NCBI GenBank assembly: GCA_049964835.1
Contig: JBMFWW010000001.1
Coordinates: forward strand, 131,589 to 195,588
Direction: 5' to 3'
Source of the DNA: Candidatus Micrarchaeia archaeon
GTDB taxonomy: Archaea > Micrarchaeota > Micrarchaeia > Micrarchaeales > CABMGC01
Length of the DNA: 64,000 nt
The notes beneath the pieces are model-generated. The model saw only the letters and a program-made list of their open reading frames with translations. It had not been told where the DNA came from and did not search any database. Both the position numbers and the translations under genes were made by a program. This document shows, in pieces, positions 56,730 through 64,000 of this stretch; the stretch's first letter is position 1; every line of letters starts with the position of its first letter.

Positions 56730-57254
56730 ATGCAAGAGATTGATATACAAAATGGAGTAACAGTTTCAATAGATAAAAATAAGGTTACCATTAAGGGTAA
56801 ACTTGGTTCTTGCACAAAAACATTTAACGAAAGACTTTTTTCAATAAATCATGAAGGACAAAAACTAAAGTTAATTACAACAAATAATAAAAAACTTTTG
56901 AAAAAGGCCGCATTGGCAGAACAAGCGTTTGGATCAGAACTAAAGAACTCAATTAAAGGAGTGCAAGAAGGTCTAGAAACAAAAATGACAATTTTATATG
57001 CACACTTTCCAATGTCTTTAGATATAAAAGGAAAGACGGTTTTTGTAAAGAACATATTTGGGGAGAGATTTCCAAGAGAAACTACGATAGTTGGTGATAC
57101 AAAAATAGAGGTAAAAGGCCAATCCGTAGTAGTAAAAGGAGTTGATGCTTACGATGTTGGTCAGACAGTTGCAAATCTTAGAAAGATATGTTATGCTAGA
57201 GGAAATGATACAAGAGTGTTCCAAGATGGTATCTATAAAATACTTGAAGAATGA
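56730..57254 (+). CDS. rpl6: 50S ribosomal protein L6
   Basis: Two-domain L6 pattern (V.I....V.IKG.LG; YAHFP), in operon position. Confidence 0.9.
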   Translation: MQEIDIQNGVTVSIDKNKVTIKGKLGSCTKTFNERLFSINHEGQKLKLITTNNKKLLKKAALAEQAFGSELKNSIKGVQEGLETKMTILYAHFPMSLDIKGKTVFVKNIFGERFPRETTIVGDTKIEVKGQSVVVKGVDAYDVGQTVANLRKICYARGNDTRVFQDGIYKILEE

Positions 57255-57266
57255 TTGTGATTATGT

Positions 57267-57623
57267 ATGAACATTAAAAAGAAATCAAAATTTGTAGTTC
57301 CAAACTATGGCGCAAAGAGCAGAAAAGGTGTTAAGAATAGATGGCGCCATCAAAGAGGCATAGACAACAAAAAAAGAATAATGAGAAGCGGATATGGAGC
57401 TATACCAAAAATAGGCTATAAAAACGATGCAATAAAGAGAAATCTTGATAAAAACGGATTACAAAAAGTTATAGTAAGCAATCATAATGAGCTAAAAGAA
57501 GCAATGCAGATACCAAACGTTTCAATAGTTTTGCATCATGCTCTTTCAAAAAGGAAAAAATTAGAGATACAAAAACAGGCAGAAAGTTCTGGTCTTAAGA
57601 TATCAAATAGGGTGAAACAATGA
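57267..57623 (+). CDS. rpl32e: 50S ribosomal protein L32e
   Basis: RWRHQRGIDNKKR....GYGA.P.IGY pattern. Confidence 0.85.
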   Translation: MNIKKKSKFVVPNYGAKSRKGVKNRWRHQRGIDNKKRIMRSGYGAIPKIGYKNDAIKRNLDKNGLQKVIVSNHNELKEAMQIPNVSIVLHHALSKRKKLEIQKQAESSGLKISNRVKQ

Positions 57624-58114
57624 CGATAAAATTTGCAAAAAGAGTAGCTTCAGAGATCCTCAAAAGAGGAGGAAGTTCAATAAGGATAAATCCTTCAAGT
57701 ATAGATGATGCTAAAAAAGCAATGACCAGAGAGGATGTAAGAGCTCTAGTTAAAACTGGAGGCATATACGCAATAAAGCAAAAAGAAAATAAAAGTATTA
57801 ATTCAAAGTTGCTTAAAATCAGAAGAAGTAAAGGAAGAGGAAGAGGTCAAGGTAAAAGAAAAGGTACCCTAAAGGCAAGAAATGGAGAAAAATGGCTAAA
57901 GAAAGTAAGGTCACAAAGATTCCTTTTACTTCAATTAAAGAATATGGGTAAGTTAGACAATGCGTTATATAACAAATATTACATGCTTATAAAAGGCAAT
58001 AGCTTTTCTGACAAAGGTTCACTTCTTCTTCATTTAAGAGAAAGAGGTATAAATATTACAGAAGAGGAGTCAAAAGTAATAAAAGAGCAGATGTCTGCAA
58101 GATACAAAAAATAG
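57620..58114 (+). CDS. rpl19e: 50S ribosomal protein L19e
   Basis: KRVASEILKRGGSSIRINP N-terminus and an RGRGQGKRKG stretch. ATGA overlap with L32e. Confidence 0.9.
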   Translation: MTIKFAKRVASEILKRGGSSIRINPSSIDDAKKAMTREDVRALVKTGGIYAIKQKENKSINSKLLKIRRSKGRGRGQGKRKGTLKARNGEKWLKKVRSQRFLLLQLKNMGKLDNALYNKYYMLIKGNSFSDKGSLLLHLRERGINITEEESKVIKEQMSARYKK

Positions 58115-58122
58115 TTGAGTTT

Positions 58123-58689
58123 ATGGCAAAAATAGTCAAAGTAACATTTAAAAGAAAAAGAAATAAGCTTACAAATTATAAAAAGAGGCTGGCGCTAGTA
58201 AAGAGCAATTTAAATAGAATTGTAATAAGAAGTACGAATAAAAGAGTACTCGCTCAAATAGTAAAATACTCAGAAAAAGGAGATATAGTTTTAGTATCTG
58301 CTTATTCAAATGAGCTTTCTAAGTTCGGATGGCCATCAAGAAGCAATAAGCCTACAGCATATCTTACTGGCTTGCTTCTTGCTCAGAAAGCATCAGAAAA
58401 GAAACTTGAGGGAGAAGAGTACATACTTGATATAGGTCTTTCAGTTCCTGTTAAAAATTCAACACCATTTGTATTTATGCAGGGTTGTATAGACGGCGGT
58501 TTAAAGCTTCGTTCAGGTAGCAAAATAGAAGAAAAGAATTACAAATTCCAAGATTCGTATATAAACAAATTAAAGGAAAATAAAGCCCTTTATGAAAAAC
58601 AGTTTAGTGGCTATATAAAACAAAAAATATCGCCTGAAGAGTTAAATAAATTATTTAATTCTGTAAAAGAAAAAATGTTAAACGCGTGA
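58123..58689 (+). CDS. rpl18: 50S ribosomal protein L18
   Basis: FKRKRNKLTNYKKRL..VKS...R.V.R.TNK pattern. Confidence 0.9.
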   Translation: MAKIVKVTFKRKRNKLTNYKKRLALVKSNLNRIVIRSTNKRVLAQIVKYSEKGDIVLVSAYSNELSKFGWPSRSNKPTAYLTGLLLAQKASEKKLEGEEYILDIGLSVPVKNSTPFVFMQGCIDGGLKLRSGSKIEEKNYKFQDSYINKLKENKALYEKQFSGYIKQKISPEELNKLFNSVKEKMLNA

Positions 58690-58693
58690 TTAT

Positions 58694-59341
58694 TTGGAAG
58701 AAAAAAGATTTGAGACAGTTTCAGAGTTTGCATGGTCACCAAAGACAAAGTTAGGTGTACTTGTGAGCGAAGGTAAAATTACAAATATAGACGAAATATT
58801 TGCTACTGGCAAACCTATAAAAGAGGTAGGCATAGTAGACAAGCTTATTCCAAATATAGAAGATAAGGTACTTGAAATAGCATCTGTGCAACGTATGACT
58901 AAAAACAACAGAAGGCAAAAGTTCAGGGTTACCGTTGTTGTTGGAGATAGGGCCGGACATGTTGGTGTAGGCGTTGGAAAGGATGTAGAAGTAAGGCCAG
59001 CAATAGATACTGCAATAAGAAATGCAAAAAAGAATATTGTTTCAATAAAATTAGGTTGTGGTTCATGGGAATGCAACTGTGGAACTCCGCACACACTTCC
59101 ACTTACAATAAGGGCAAAGGTCGGAAGTTCAGAAGTTATACTAAAACCAGCTCCAAGAGGAGTAGGTATTGTAGCTGCAAAAACAATGAAAACTGTAATT
59201 GAACTTGCAGGAGTAAAAGATGTATGGACTTATTCTCGTGGAAGAACAAGAGACAAGTATAACGTTGCAGTAGCTACTCAAAAAGCACTAAAGAAAATAA
59301 GTGAAATTAGAAATTCATATGTAGTAAAGGTACTACAATAA
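58694..59341 (+). CDS. rps5: 30S ribosomal protein S5
   Basis: VQRMTKNNRRQKFRVTVVVGDRAGHVGVGVGK and GVGIVAA patterns. TTG start. Confidence 0.9.
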   Translation: MEEKRFETVSEFAWSPKTKLGVLVSEGKITNIDEIFATGKPIKEVGIVDKLIPNIEDKVLEIASVQRMTKNNRRQKFRVTVVVGDRAGHVGVGVGKDVEVRPAIDTAIRNAKKNIVSIKLGCGSWECNCGTPHTLPLTIRAKVGSSEVILKPAPRGVGIVAAKTMKTVIELAGVKDVWTYSRGRTRDKYNVAVATQKALKKISEIRNSYVVKVLQ

Positions 59342-59409
59342 ACTCTCTTTCTAATGCCACATTTATAAATCTTTATAAATCAGTTTATTCTAATTATTTT
59401 ATATTTTAA

Positions 59410-59480
59410 GCCTTGATGGTGTAGCGGCAGCATAAGGGACTGTGGATCCCTAGGTCCGGGTTCGACACCCGGTCAAGGCC
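59410..59480 (+). tRNA. tRNA-His (GUG)
   Basis: Manual cloverleaf: acceptor GCCTTGA/TCAAGGC, U8, anticodon arm AGGGA-CTGTGGA-TCCCT, T arm CCGGG-TTCGACA-CCCGG, discriminator C. The base at -1 is A, not G. Confidence 0.85.
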
Positions 59481-59546
59481 ATACCTAAATAAAATCTACT
59501 ATGTTATTTATATTTATATCTTGTTTATGTATTCTTATTGGTATAA

Positions 59547-60653
59547 ATGTTCATAGCTGTGTTTTCAGTAGGTGCAATAGATGCACTAGTGCCTGTATTA
59601 ATAATAATTGTTTTCATAGCGGCAGCAGGTGGCATAAGTAGAGGATTTAGTCTCTTCAATTTATTTGGTATTGGTACACTTATAAAAACAGGTCCATCTG
59701 GAAAAGGTTCACTATCCCAAAAAACAATGAAAAAAAGCTATTTACATTACGGCCAGAAACCACTATCAATTAAAAAAACAGAGATTAAAACAGATGAAAA
59801 TAAAAAGAATTATAGACTTAAAAAGGACTTCGAAAAGAACTTTTCTAATAACAGAGGCAAAGCGGCTCAAATAAATGTTGCTTCAAATCCAAAAAATGCA
59901 GCTATTATTGAAAATGAAGGCAAAGGCGCTGAGAATAAAAATAAAGGAAAATCTATTCTTCCATTTGCAGGAAAAACCTTACTTAATCTAACATCGCCTC
60001 TTCTAAAAGGGTCAATTCTTGCGGGGGGTGGATTTATAAATATGGTAGCTAAAAAACGTGATTACCATAAAAAAAATATATTTTACAAATACGAAACCAA
60101 AACCCTAAAAAGTGGCAAGGAAAACTTCTCATCCTACAATAATGACAGTGAGAATACATTAATACAAGAAGGTTTAGCTTCTACTATTGCTATTAGGAAA
60201 AAAATATTAGAAGACAGAAGACGCATTGCTCGCGATAAAAAACTATCAGATGCAAAAAAGAAATTTATGATTGCAAATTCAAATGCTGCAAACAGATTCT
60301 TTTTAGAGAGAGAAAATGAGTTTAGAACTGCACAAAAAGCAGTAGATAAGATGCGAGAGGAGTATGTACAAAAGTCAGCGAGAATACAAAGCATAGCAGA
60401 TAGCAAAGAAAGGGAAGCGGCTCAAAAAGAGTTAGATGAAAGTACCTTTGCCAATTTCTCAAAAACTTATAATAAATTATTCGATACAAGAAAGGATTAC
60501 GCTGCCAAGGAATTATCATCTAAATTATTTGAGAAAGGCAAAGTTTACGGTAATTATAAATACAAATTGAATCTATTTGGAAAAGGTGAAGATAAAGAAG
60601 GGGAAAGTGGATATTCTATAATAGAGTTCAATTTAGATCGCGAAGAAAAATAA
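59547..60653 (+). CDS. N-terminally anchored Lys-rich coiled-coil protein
   Basis: 368 aa. One N-terminal TM helix (ALVPVLIIIVFIAAAGG), then a charged, heptad-like region (KKILEDRRRIARDKKLSDAKKKF...REEYVQKSARIQ...). Confidence 0.55.
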   Translation: MFIAVFSVGAIDALVPVLIIIVFIAAAGGISRGFSLFNLFGIGTLIKTGPSGKGSLSQKTMKKSYLHYGQKPLSIKKTEIKTDENKKNYRLKKDFEKNFSNNRGKAAQINVASNPKNAAIIENEGKGAENKNKGKSILPFAGKTLLNLTSPLLKGSILAGGGFINMVAKKRDYHKKNIFYKYETKTLKSGKENFSSYNNDSENTLIQEGLASTIAIRKKILEDRRRIARDKKLSDAKKKFMIANSNAANRFFLERENEFRTAQKAVDKMREEYVQKSARIQSIADSKEREAAQKELDESTFANFSKTYNKLFDTRKDYAAKELSSKLFEKGKVYGNYKYKLNLFGKGEDKEGESGYSIIEFNLDREEK

Positions 60654-60668
60654 TTTATACTTTAAAAT

Positions 60669-61946
60669 GTGATAGCACATATGCAAAAAGAACGCATGAT
60701 AAGATTTTCAATTATTTTGGTAGCTTTGCTTTTAAGTTTGGATTATGCCTCTCCGTTATTATGTAGTTCTACCGTTTTGAGTTCTAATACTTATTCTGAG
60801 ATAGCTAATTTTTCAAGTTATTCAACAGGAGTTGCACTTTATATCTCTGCATTTGCACTTCTTGCATCACTTTTTTTTATATCAATTGTATATATAATAA
60901 ACAAGATATTTCCGTATGAGCGTTTAAACTCATTTATTAATAGCGAATACAAAGAAATAGTAAAAACATTTTTGATAATAATCATAATATACGCGGCTCT
61001 TTCTTTTGCTAGTGGACTTGCAGTTTCACTTACTGGTCAATCTGTAAGCAATGGTTTTTCTACAAACTTAGGGAATTTATTATATAACGCTGAAATTTAT
61101 CTCTGTAATACAAATAATATTTTAACTAACGGGGCAGAAAATCTGATAAGTGTTGCTCTTGCCGATGGTTTATTTAAAGGTTTAGTTATAAACTGGGGTG
61201 GTTTACCATTGCCTCCAGTTCCTTTGCCGCCTCCTGCAGGAGACTTACTGCCTGTTGTAAAATCAGGCGTTCAGTTTAATTTGCTTACAAATAATATATT
61301 CCAAACTGATTTTGTTTCTGGTACACAGTTTGTAACTTCAGTAATGAATGATATTTTAAATAATGTTTACTTTCCAGCAGTAACTCTAATAACCGTACAA
61401 ATAACTGTACTGCCTTTATTTGAAATAATAGGGTTATGGATACTAATACCTCTGGGATTAATACTTCGTGCATTACCATTTGTAAGAGAAATAGGTGGTA
61501 CCTTACTGGCCTTTGGTATAGGAATAGCTTTAGTGTGGCCTTCAATGTTGGTTCTATTCAATGTTCCTGTATCTAACTTTTTCTACGGATACTTCTCAAC
61601 AAATAACTTAACACCTACAACATCCTGCTCAAGCTTAGGTTTAATATCAGTAGTTTGCAACGCAATTAATTCATTTGGTTATTATGTTCCTGAAGCTGCG
61701 CTTAGCTCTGTAGCTTATGGTTCATTTACAAATCAAATAAACTCATTTTCAATAGCATTTTCTACATTATCTTCAATATATCCTGGGCTTAATTATATAC
61801 TTCAAAATTCATTATATCTAATAATTCAAGTATTCATTTTACTTATCTTTGATTTGGTCATAGCATTTACAATAACGGATAACATAGCGCATATTTTGGG
61901 CGGAAGCATAAGGCTTTCGGTTACAAATAAATTGAAGTTGATATGA
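60669..61946 (+). CDS. polytopic membrane protein, paralogue 1 of a tandem family
   Basis: 425 aa. Signal-like N-terminus, a TM pair around a K/E loop, a large loop with PLPPVPLPPPAG, a conserved LILRALPFVREIGGTLLAFGIGIALVWP block, and a C-terminal TM. GTG at 60669, ATG at 60681. Confidence 0.6.
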   Translation: MIAHMQKERMIRFSIILVALLLSLDYASPLLCSSTVLSSNTYSEIANFSSYSTGVALYISAFALLASLFFISIVYIINKIFPYERLNSFINSEYKEIVKTFLIIIIIYAALSFASGLAVSLTGQSVSNGFSTNLGNLLYNAEIYLCNTNNILTNGAENLISVALADGLFKGLVINWGGLPLPPVPLPPPAGDLLPVVKSGVQFNLLTNNIFQTDFVSGTQFVTSVMNDILNNVYFPAVTLITVQITVLPLFEIIGLWILIPLGLILRALPFVREIGGTLLAFGIGIALVWPSMLVLFNVPVSNFFYGYFSTNNLTPTTSCSSLGLISVVCNAINSFGYYVPEAALSSVAYGSFTNQINSFSIAFSTLSSIYPGLNYILQNSLYLIIQVFILLIFDLVIAFTITDNIAHILGGSIRLSVTNKLKLI

Positions 61947-63220
61947 TGTTTACATTTATTTCGTTATTTACTGCAACCGCTACAACAACCACATGCAATC
62001 TAGGCAATATCAATGCTAATAATTGGATATTCATAAATGCTATGGTAATACTTGCTATGTTTTCTATCGGAGCGTTAATATATGCTATAAGCAATCTAAT
62101 GCCCGCAAAATCAGCTCAGAAATTAAAAGGCGAAGTAATCTATGAATTAAGTGAGGGAATAATAAGTTTATTGATATTTTTATCATTGATATCTTTAGTA
62201 TATGCTTCTTGTTCCGTAGGTTCTGCGATTTCAGGCCAGGCAAACTACCAGAATTTATTTCAAGCAGATGAATACTATGTGGGCAATCTTCTTTTTGTAA
62301 AAGGTCCTGCTTTAATAGCAGAGTTAAGTTTTCAAGGCATAATGGTTTCCATAGATGGAAATATCGTAACATTTCTTATAAATCAAGTTACCGACTCGCT
62401 TAATACTGCTCTAGGAAATAAAGGCAGTCTTTTTAGCACAGGTAGTCCAGCCTCTTCAAGTTCTTCAGGAGCATCAACTTCCGGATCTGGAGCGGCACAA
62501 ATAAGTACTGGATCTAGTATCTCACCTAATGTAGGATTCGGAGTTCAATTAACGAGTTCAGCTGATGTTGATGGTTTATTTGATACTTATGCGGGTACAT
62601 ATGCAACATATGGTGTCATAATATTAGTAACATTTGGACTTCTTTTTATACTATACTTTTTATTTCCAATAGTAAGCATACTTTCATTTGCATTGGTCGT
62701 TCCAGTAGCTTTGATATTACGTTCATTTGCTTTCTTAGGTCCAAGCATAAGAGGCATAGCGAATACGCTACTGGCACTAGCCATAGCATTTTACATAGTA
62801 TTTCCTCTAACTGTAAGTATGAATAGTTATATCATAAACTGGATGTACTGCACTAACGGTGTAACAGTATGTAATCCATATATAGCCTATACTGGCAATT
62901 ACAAAATAGCCAAAGTCCCTATAAGTTATCTATTAAAGCAAAACTCTGTTAACTTTTTGAATTATGGTGGCTTTTCATTAAGCCTTCCAGTAGACTTTTA
63001 TGGTATATTGACTACTACATCTGGAGGAGTAGGAGCTGCTGTAACTAATCTTTTTGAAGGAATAGTTAATACTCCAGTGCAGCTTGAAAACTTTTCAGGT
63101 CTAGTTGCTGAGTACTTTTTTGAAGGTGTCCTGTTAGTTGCAATTGATTTGATGATAACTCTTGCATTTGCACAAGGTTTAAACAAAGCTTTAAATCAAA
63201 TACCTTCGTTAATTAAATAG
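61943..63220 (+). CDS. polytopic membrane protein, paralogue 2
   Basis: 425 aa with the same architecture. The LILRSFAFLGPSIRGIANTLLALAIAFYIVFP block aligns with paralogue 1. ATGA overlap with the preceding stop. Confidence 0.6.
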   Translation: MMFTFISLFTATATTTTCNLGNINANNWIFINAMVILAMFSIGALIYAISNLMPAKSAQKLKGEVIYELSEGIISLLIFLSLISLVYASCSVGSAISGQANYQNLFQADEYYVGNLLFVKGPALIAELSFQGIMVSIDGNIVTFLINQVTDSLNTALGNKGSLFSTGSPASSSSSGASTSGSGAAQISTGSSISPNVGFGVQLTSSADVDGLFDTYAGTYATYGVIILVTFGLLFILYFLFPIVSILSFALVVPVALILRSFAFLGPSIRGIANTLLALAIAFYIVFPLTVSMNSYIINWMYCTNGVTVCNPYIAYTGNYKIAKVPISYLLKQNSVNFLNYGGFSLSLPVDFYGILTTTSGGVGAAVTNLFEGIVNTPVQLENFSGLVAEYFFEGVLLVAIDLMITLAFAQGLNKALNQIPSLIK

Positions 63221-63227
63221 TGTTAAT

Positions 63228-64000
63228 ATGAAAAGTAAAAGTATTAAAAATAAAGTTTTATTCATTTTACTTTCATTAGTTACACTATTTTATATATTTA
63301 ATTCAGTTGCAGCAGCAACTACTAAATATAATTTAGAAACACCGGCTTCACAGTTCTCTTTCTGGTTTCCTGTTATAATAGTAGCGGTATTTGTAAGTTT
63401 TGGTGTTGTTTTACTTTATTACATTCTTGGTTATGTTCTTAATAATAAAAGCATAATAAAAGGCGCAAAATCAGAGATAGAGCGTGTACTAAGCACAGTT
63501 GTAATACTTGTTATGGTAATAATACTTTTGAACTATTTCGGTCAAGCAACAAACGCTACCTCATCAATATCAAAAAGCTCTATTCAAACAATATGTCAGC
63601 AGCTAAACAATCCAAATACTGACAACTCTCTTGCATTTGTAAGTTCTGCAGAGTCTGTAAACTCGCCAACCTATAATATCTGTTCTGGAATAATACAAGG
63701 TGCAGGCGGTAGTGATATCACGTCAAATATAGATTATGGACTAGCTTCTGTTTATATTATAATTTCAAATTTAACAAATCAGGCAGCTAACAATCTTAAT
63801 GCAATTTACGTATACAGAACATACACCGGTTTTCTTTCAAATTTCAAAGCTACTGATGGTTTGTGTTATCCAGAAAATGCTTGTTTGCTTGGTACTTCTG
63901 TAACAACACTAAATGTTATATACTCATATTCTCCATTTGCAGGATATAATCCATTAGTTACAAAATCTACAGAGTTTGTATCAAATCAATCTACCTTAAT
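63228..64000 (+). CDS. membrane protein, paralogue 3 (3' end outside window)
   Basis: My own translation is open from ATG 63228 to the window end: MKSKSIKNKVLFILLSLVTLFYIFNSVAAA...VLLYYILGYVLNNKSIIKGAKSEIERVLSTVVILVMVIILL... It has the same signal, TM, K/E loop and TM layout as paralogues 1 and 2. Confidence 0.55.
   Translation, partial: MKSKSIKNKVLFILLSLVTLFYIFNSVAAATTKYNLETPASQFSFWFPVIIVAVFVSFGVVLLYYILGYVLNNKSIIKGAKSEIERVLSTVVILVMVIILLNYFGQATNATSSISKSSIQTICQQLNNPNTDNSLAFVSSAESVNSPTYNICSGIIQGAGGSDITSNIDYGLASVYIIISNLTNQAANNLNAIYVYRTYTGFLSNFKATDGLCYPENACLLGTSVTTLNVIYSYSPFAGYNPLVTKSTEFVSNQSTL

Noticed and set aside
58690-59094. 134-aa minus-strand ORF. Similar antisense ORFs occur inside ileS, polB, the MFS transporter, the agmatinase gene, the rSAM gene and others (for example 40243..40692, 52049..52513, 28738..28989, 29158..29376).
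   Set aside because: Each overlaps, on the opposite strand, a gene with strong family motifs. This is typical of long antisense frames in AT-rich genomes.
1-64000. CRISPR arrays, cas genes and recognisable defence islands.
   Set aside because: No regularly spaced short repeats were found. The only repeats are the 64-bp pair, the 20/21-bp tandem at 22049, the three IS605-type hairpins and small palindromes. No Cas-like, restriction-modification or Argonaute-like ORFs were seen.
1-64000. Alternative genetic code or stop-codon recoding.
   Set aside because: Long conserved genes (ileS, polB, gpmI, the ribosomal proteins) read through without in-frame TGA, TAG or TAA and end at normal positions.

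Overview
AT-rich archaeal chromosomal segment, standard genetic code, with Shine-Dalgarno-like leaders on many genes. The archaeal assignment rests on aIF5A, S24e, S27ae, S4e, L32e, L19e, PCNA, family-B DNA polymerase, Trm1, RibL and RNase P proteins Rpp21 and Rpp29. The lineage cannot be fixed from this window. Broken ribosomal operons, an unlinked 23S rRNA gene and fast-evolving core enzymes suggest a small-genome DPANN-like or Thermoplasmata-like organism. Core content: IleRS, PolB, MetAP, IlvE, L1-L10-L12, a 13-gene spc-type ribosomal block (Rpp29 to S5), an isolated 23S rRNA gene (minus strand, about 47.09-49.92 kb), tRNA-Asn and tRNA-His. These are interspersed with at least five sequon-rich, C-terminally anchored surface proteins and several decayed mobile elements that stand out as GC-richer islands. 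Most interesting: (1) A 2.38-kb IS-derived element (27267-29650) has 10-bp terminal inverted repeats and a 10-bp target duplication. It splits a small DUF5320-like gene. In place of most of its transposase it carries a tight three-gene cassette: a 37-aa peptide, a radical SAM/SPASM maturase and a GNAT. This looks like a mobile RiPP-type peptide-modification system. (2) A tRNA-His-adjacent operon (59.5 kb to the window end) sits where L30-L15-SecY would normally follow S5. It encodes an N-anchored coiled-coil protein and three tandem paralogous polytopic membrane proteins with no family I can recognise. (3) A GC-rich IS200/IS605-derived mini-element holds an AbrB-like micro-ORF translationally coupled to a 95-aa deletion derivative of TnpB, and a solo copy of its hairpin lies 16 kb away. 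No CRISPR array or cas genes were seen.
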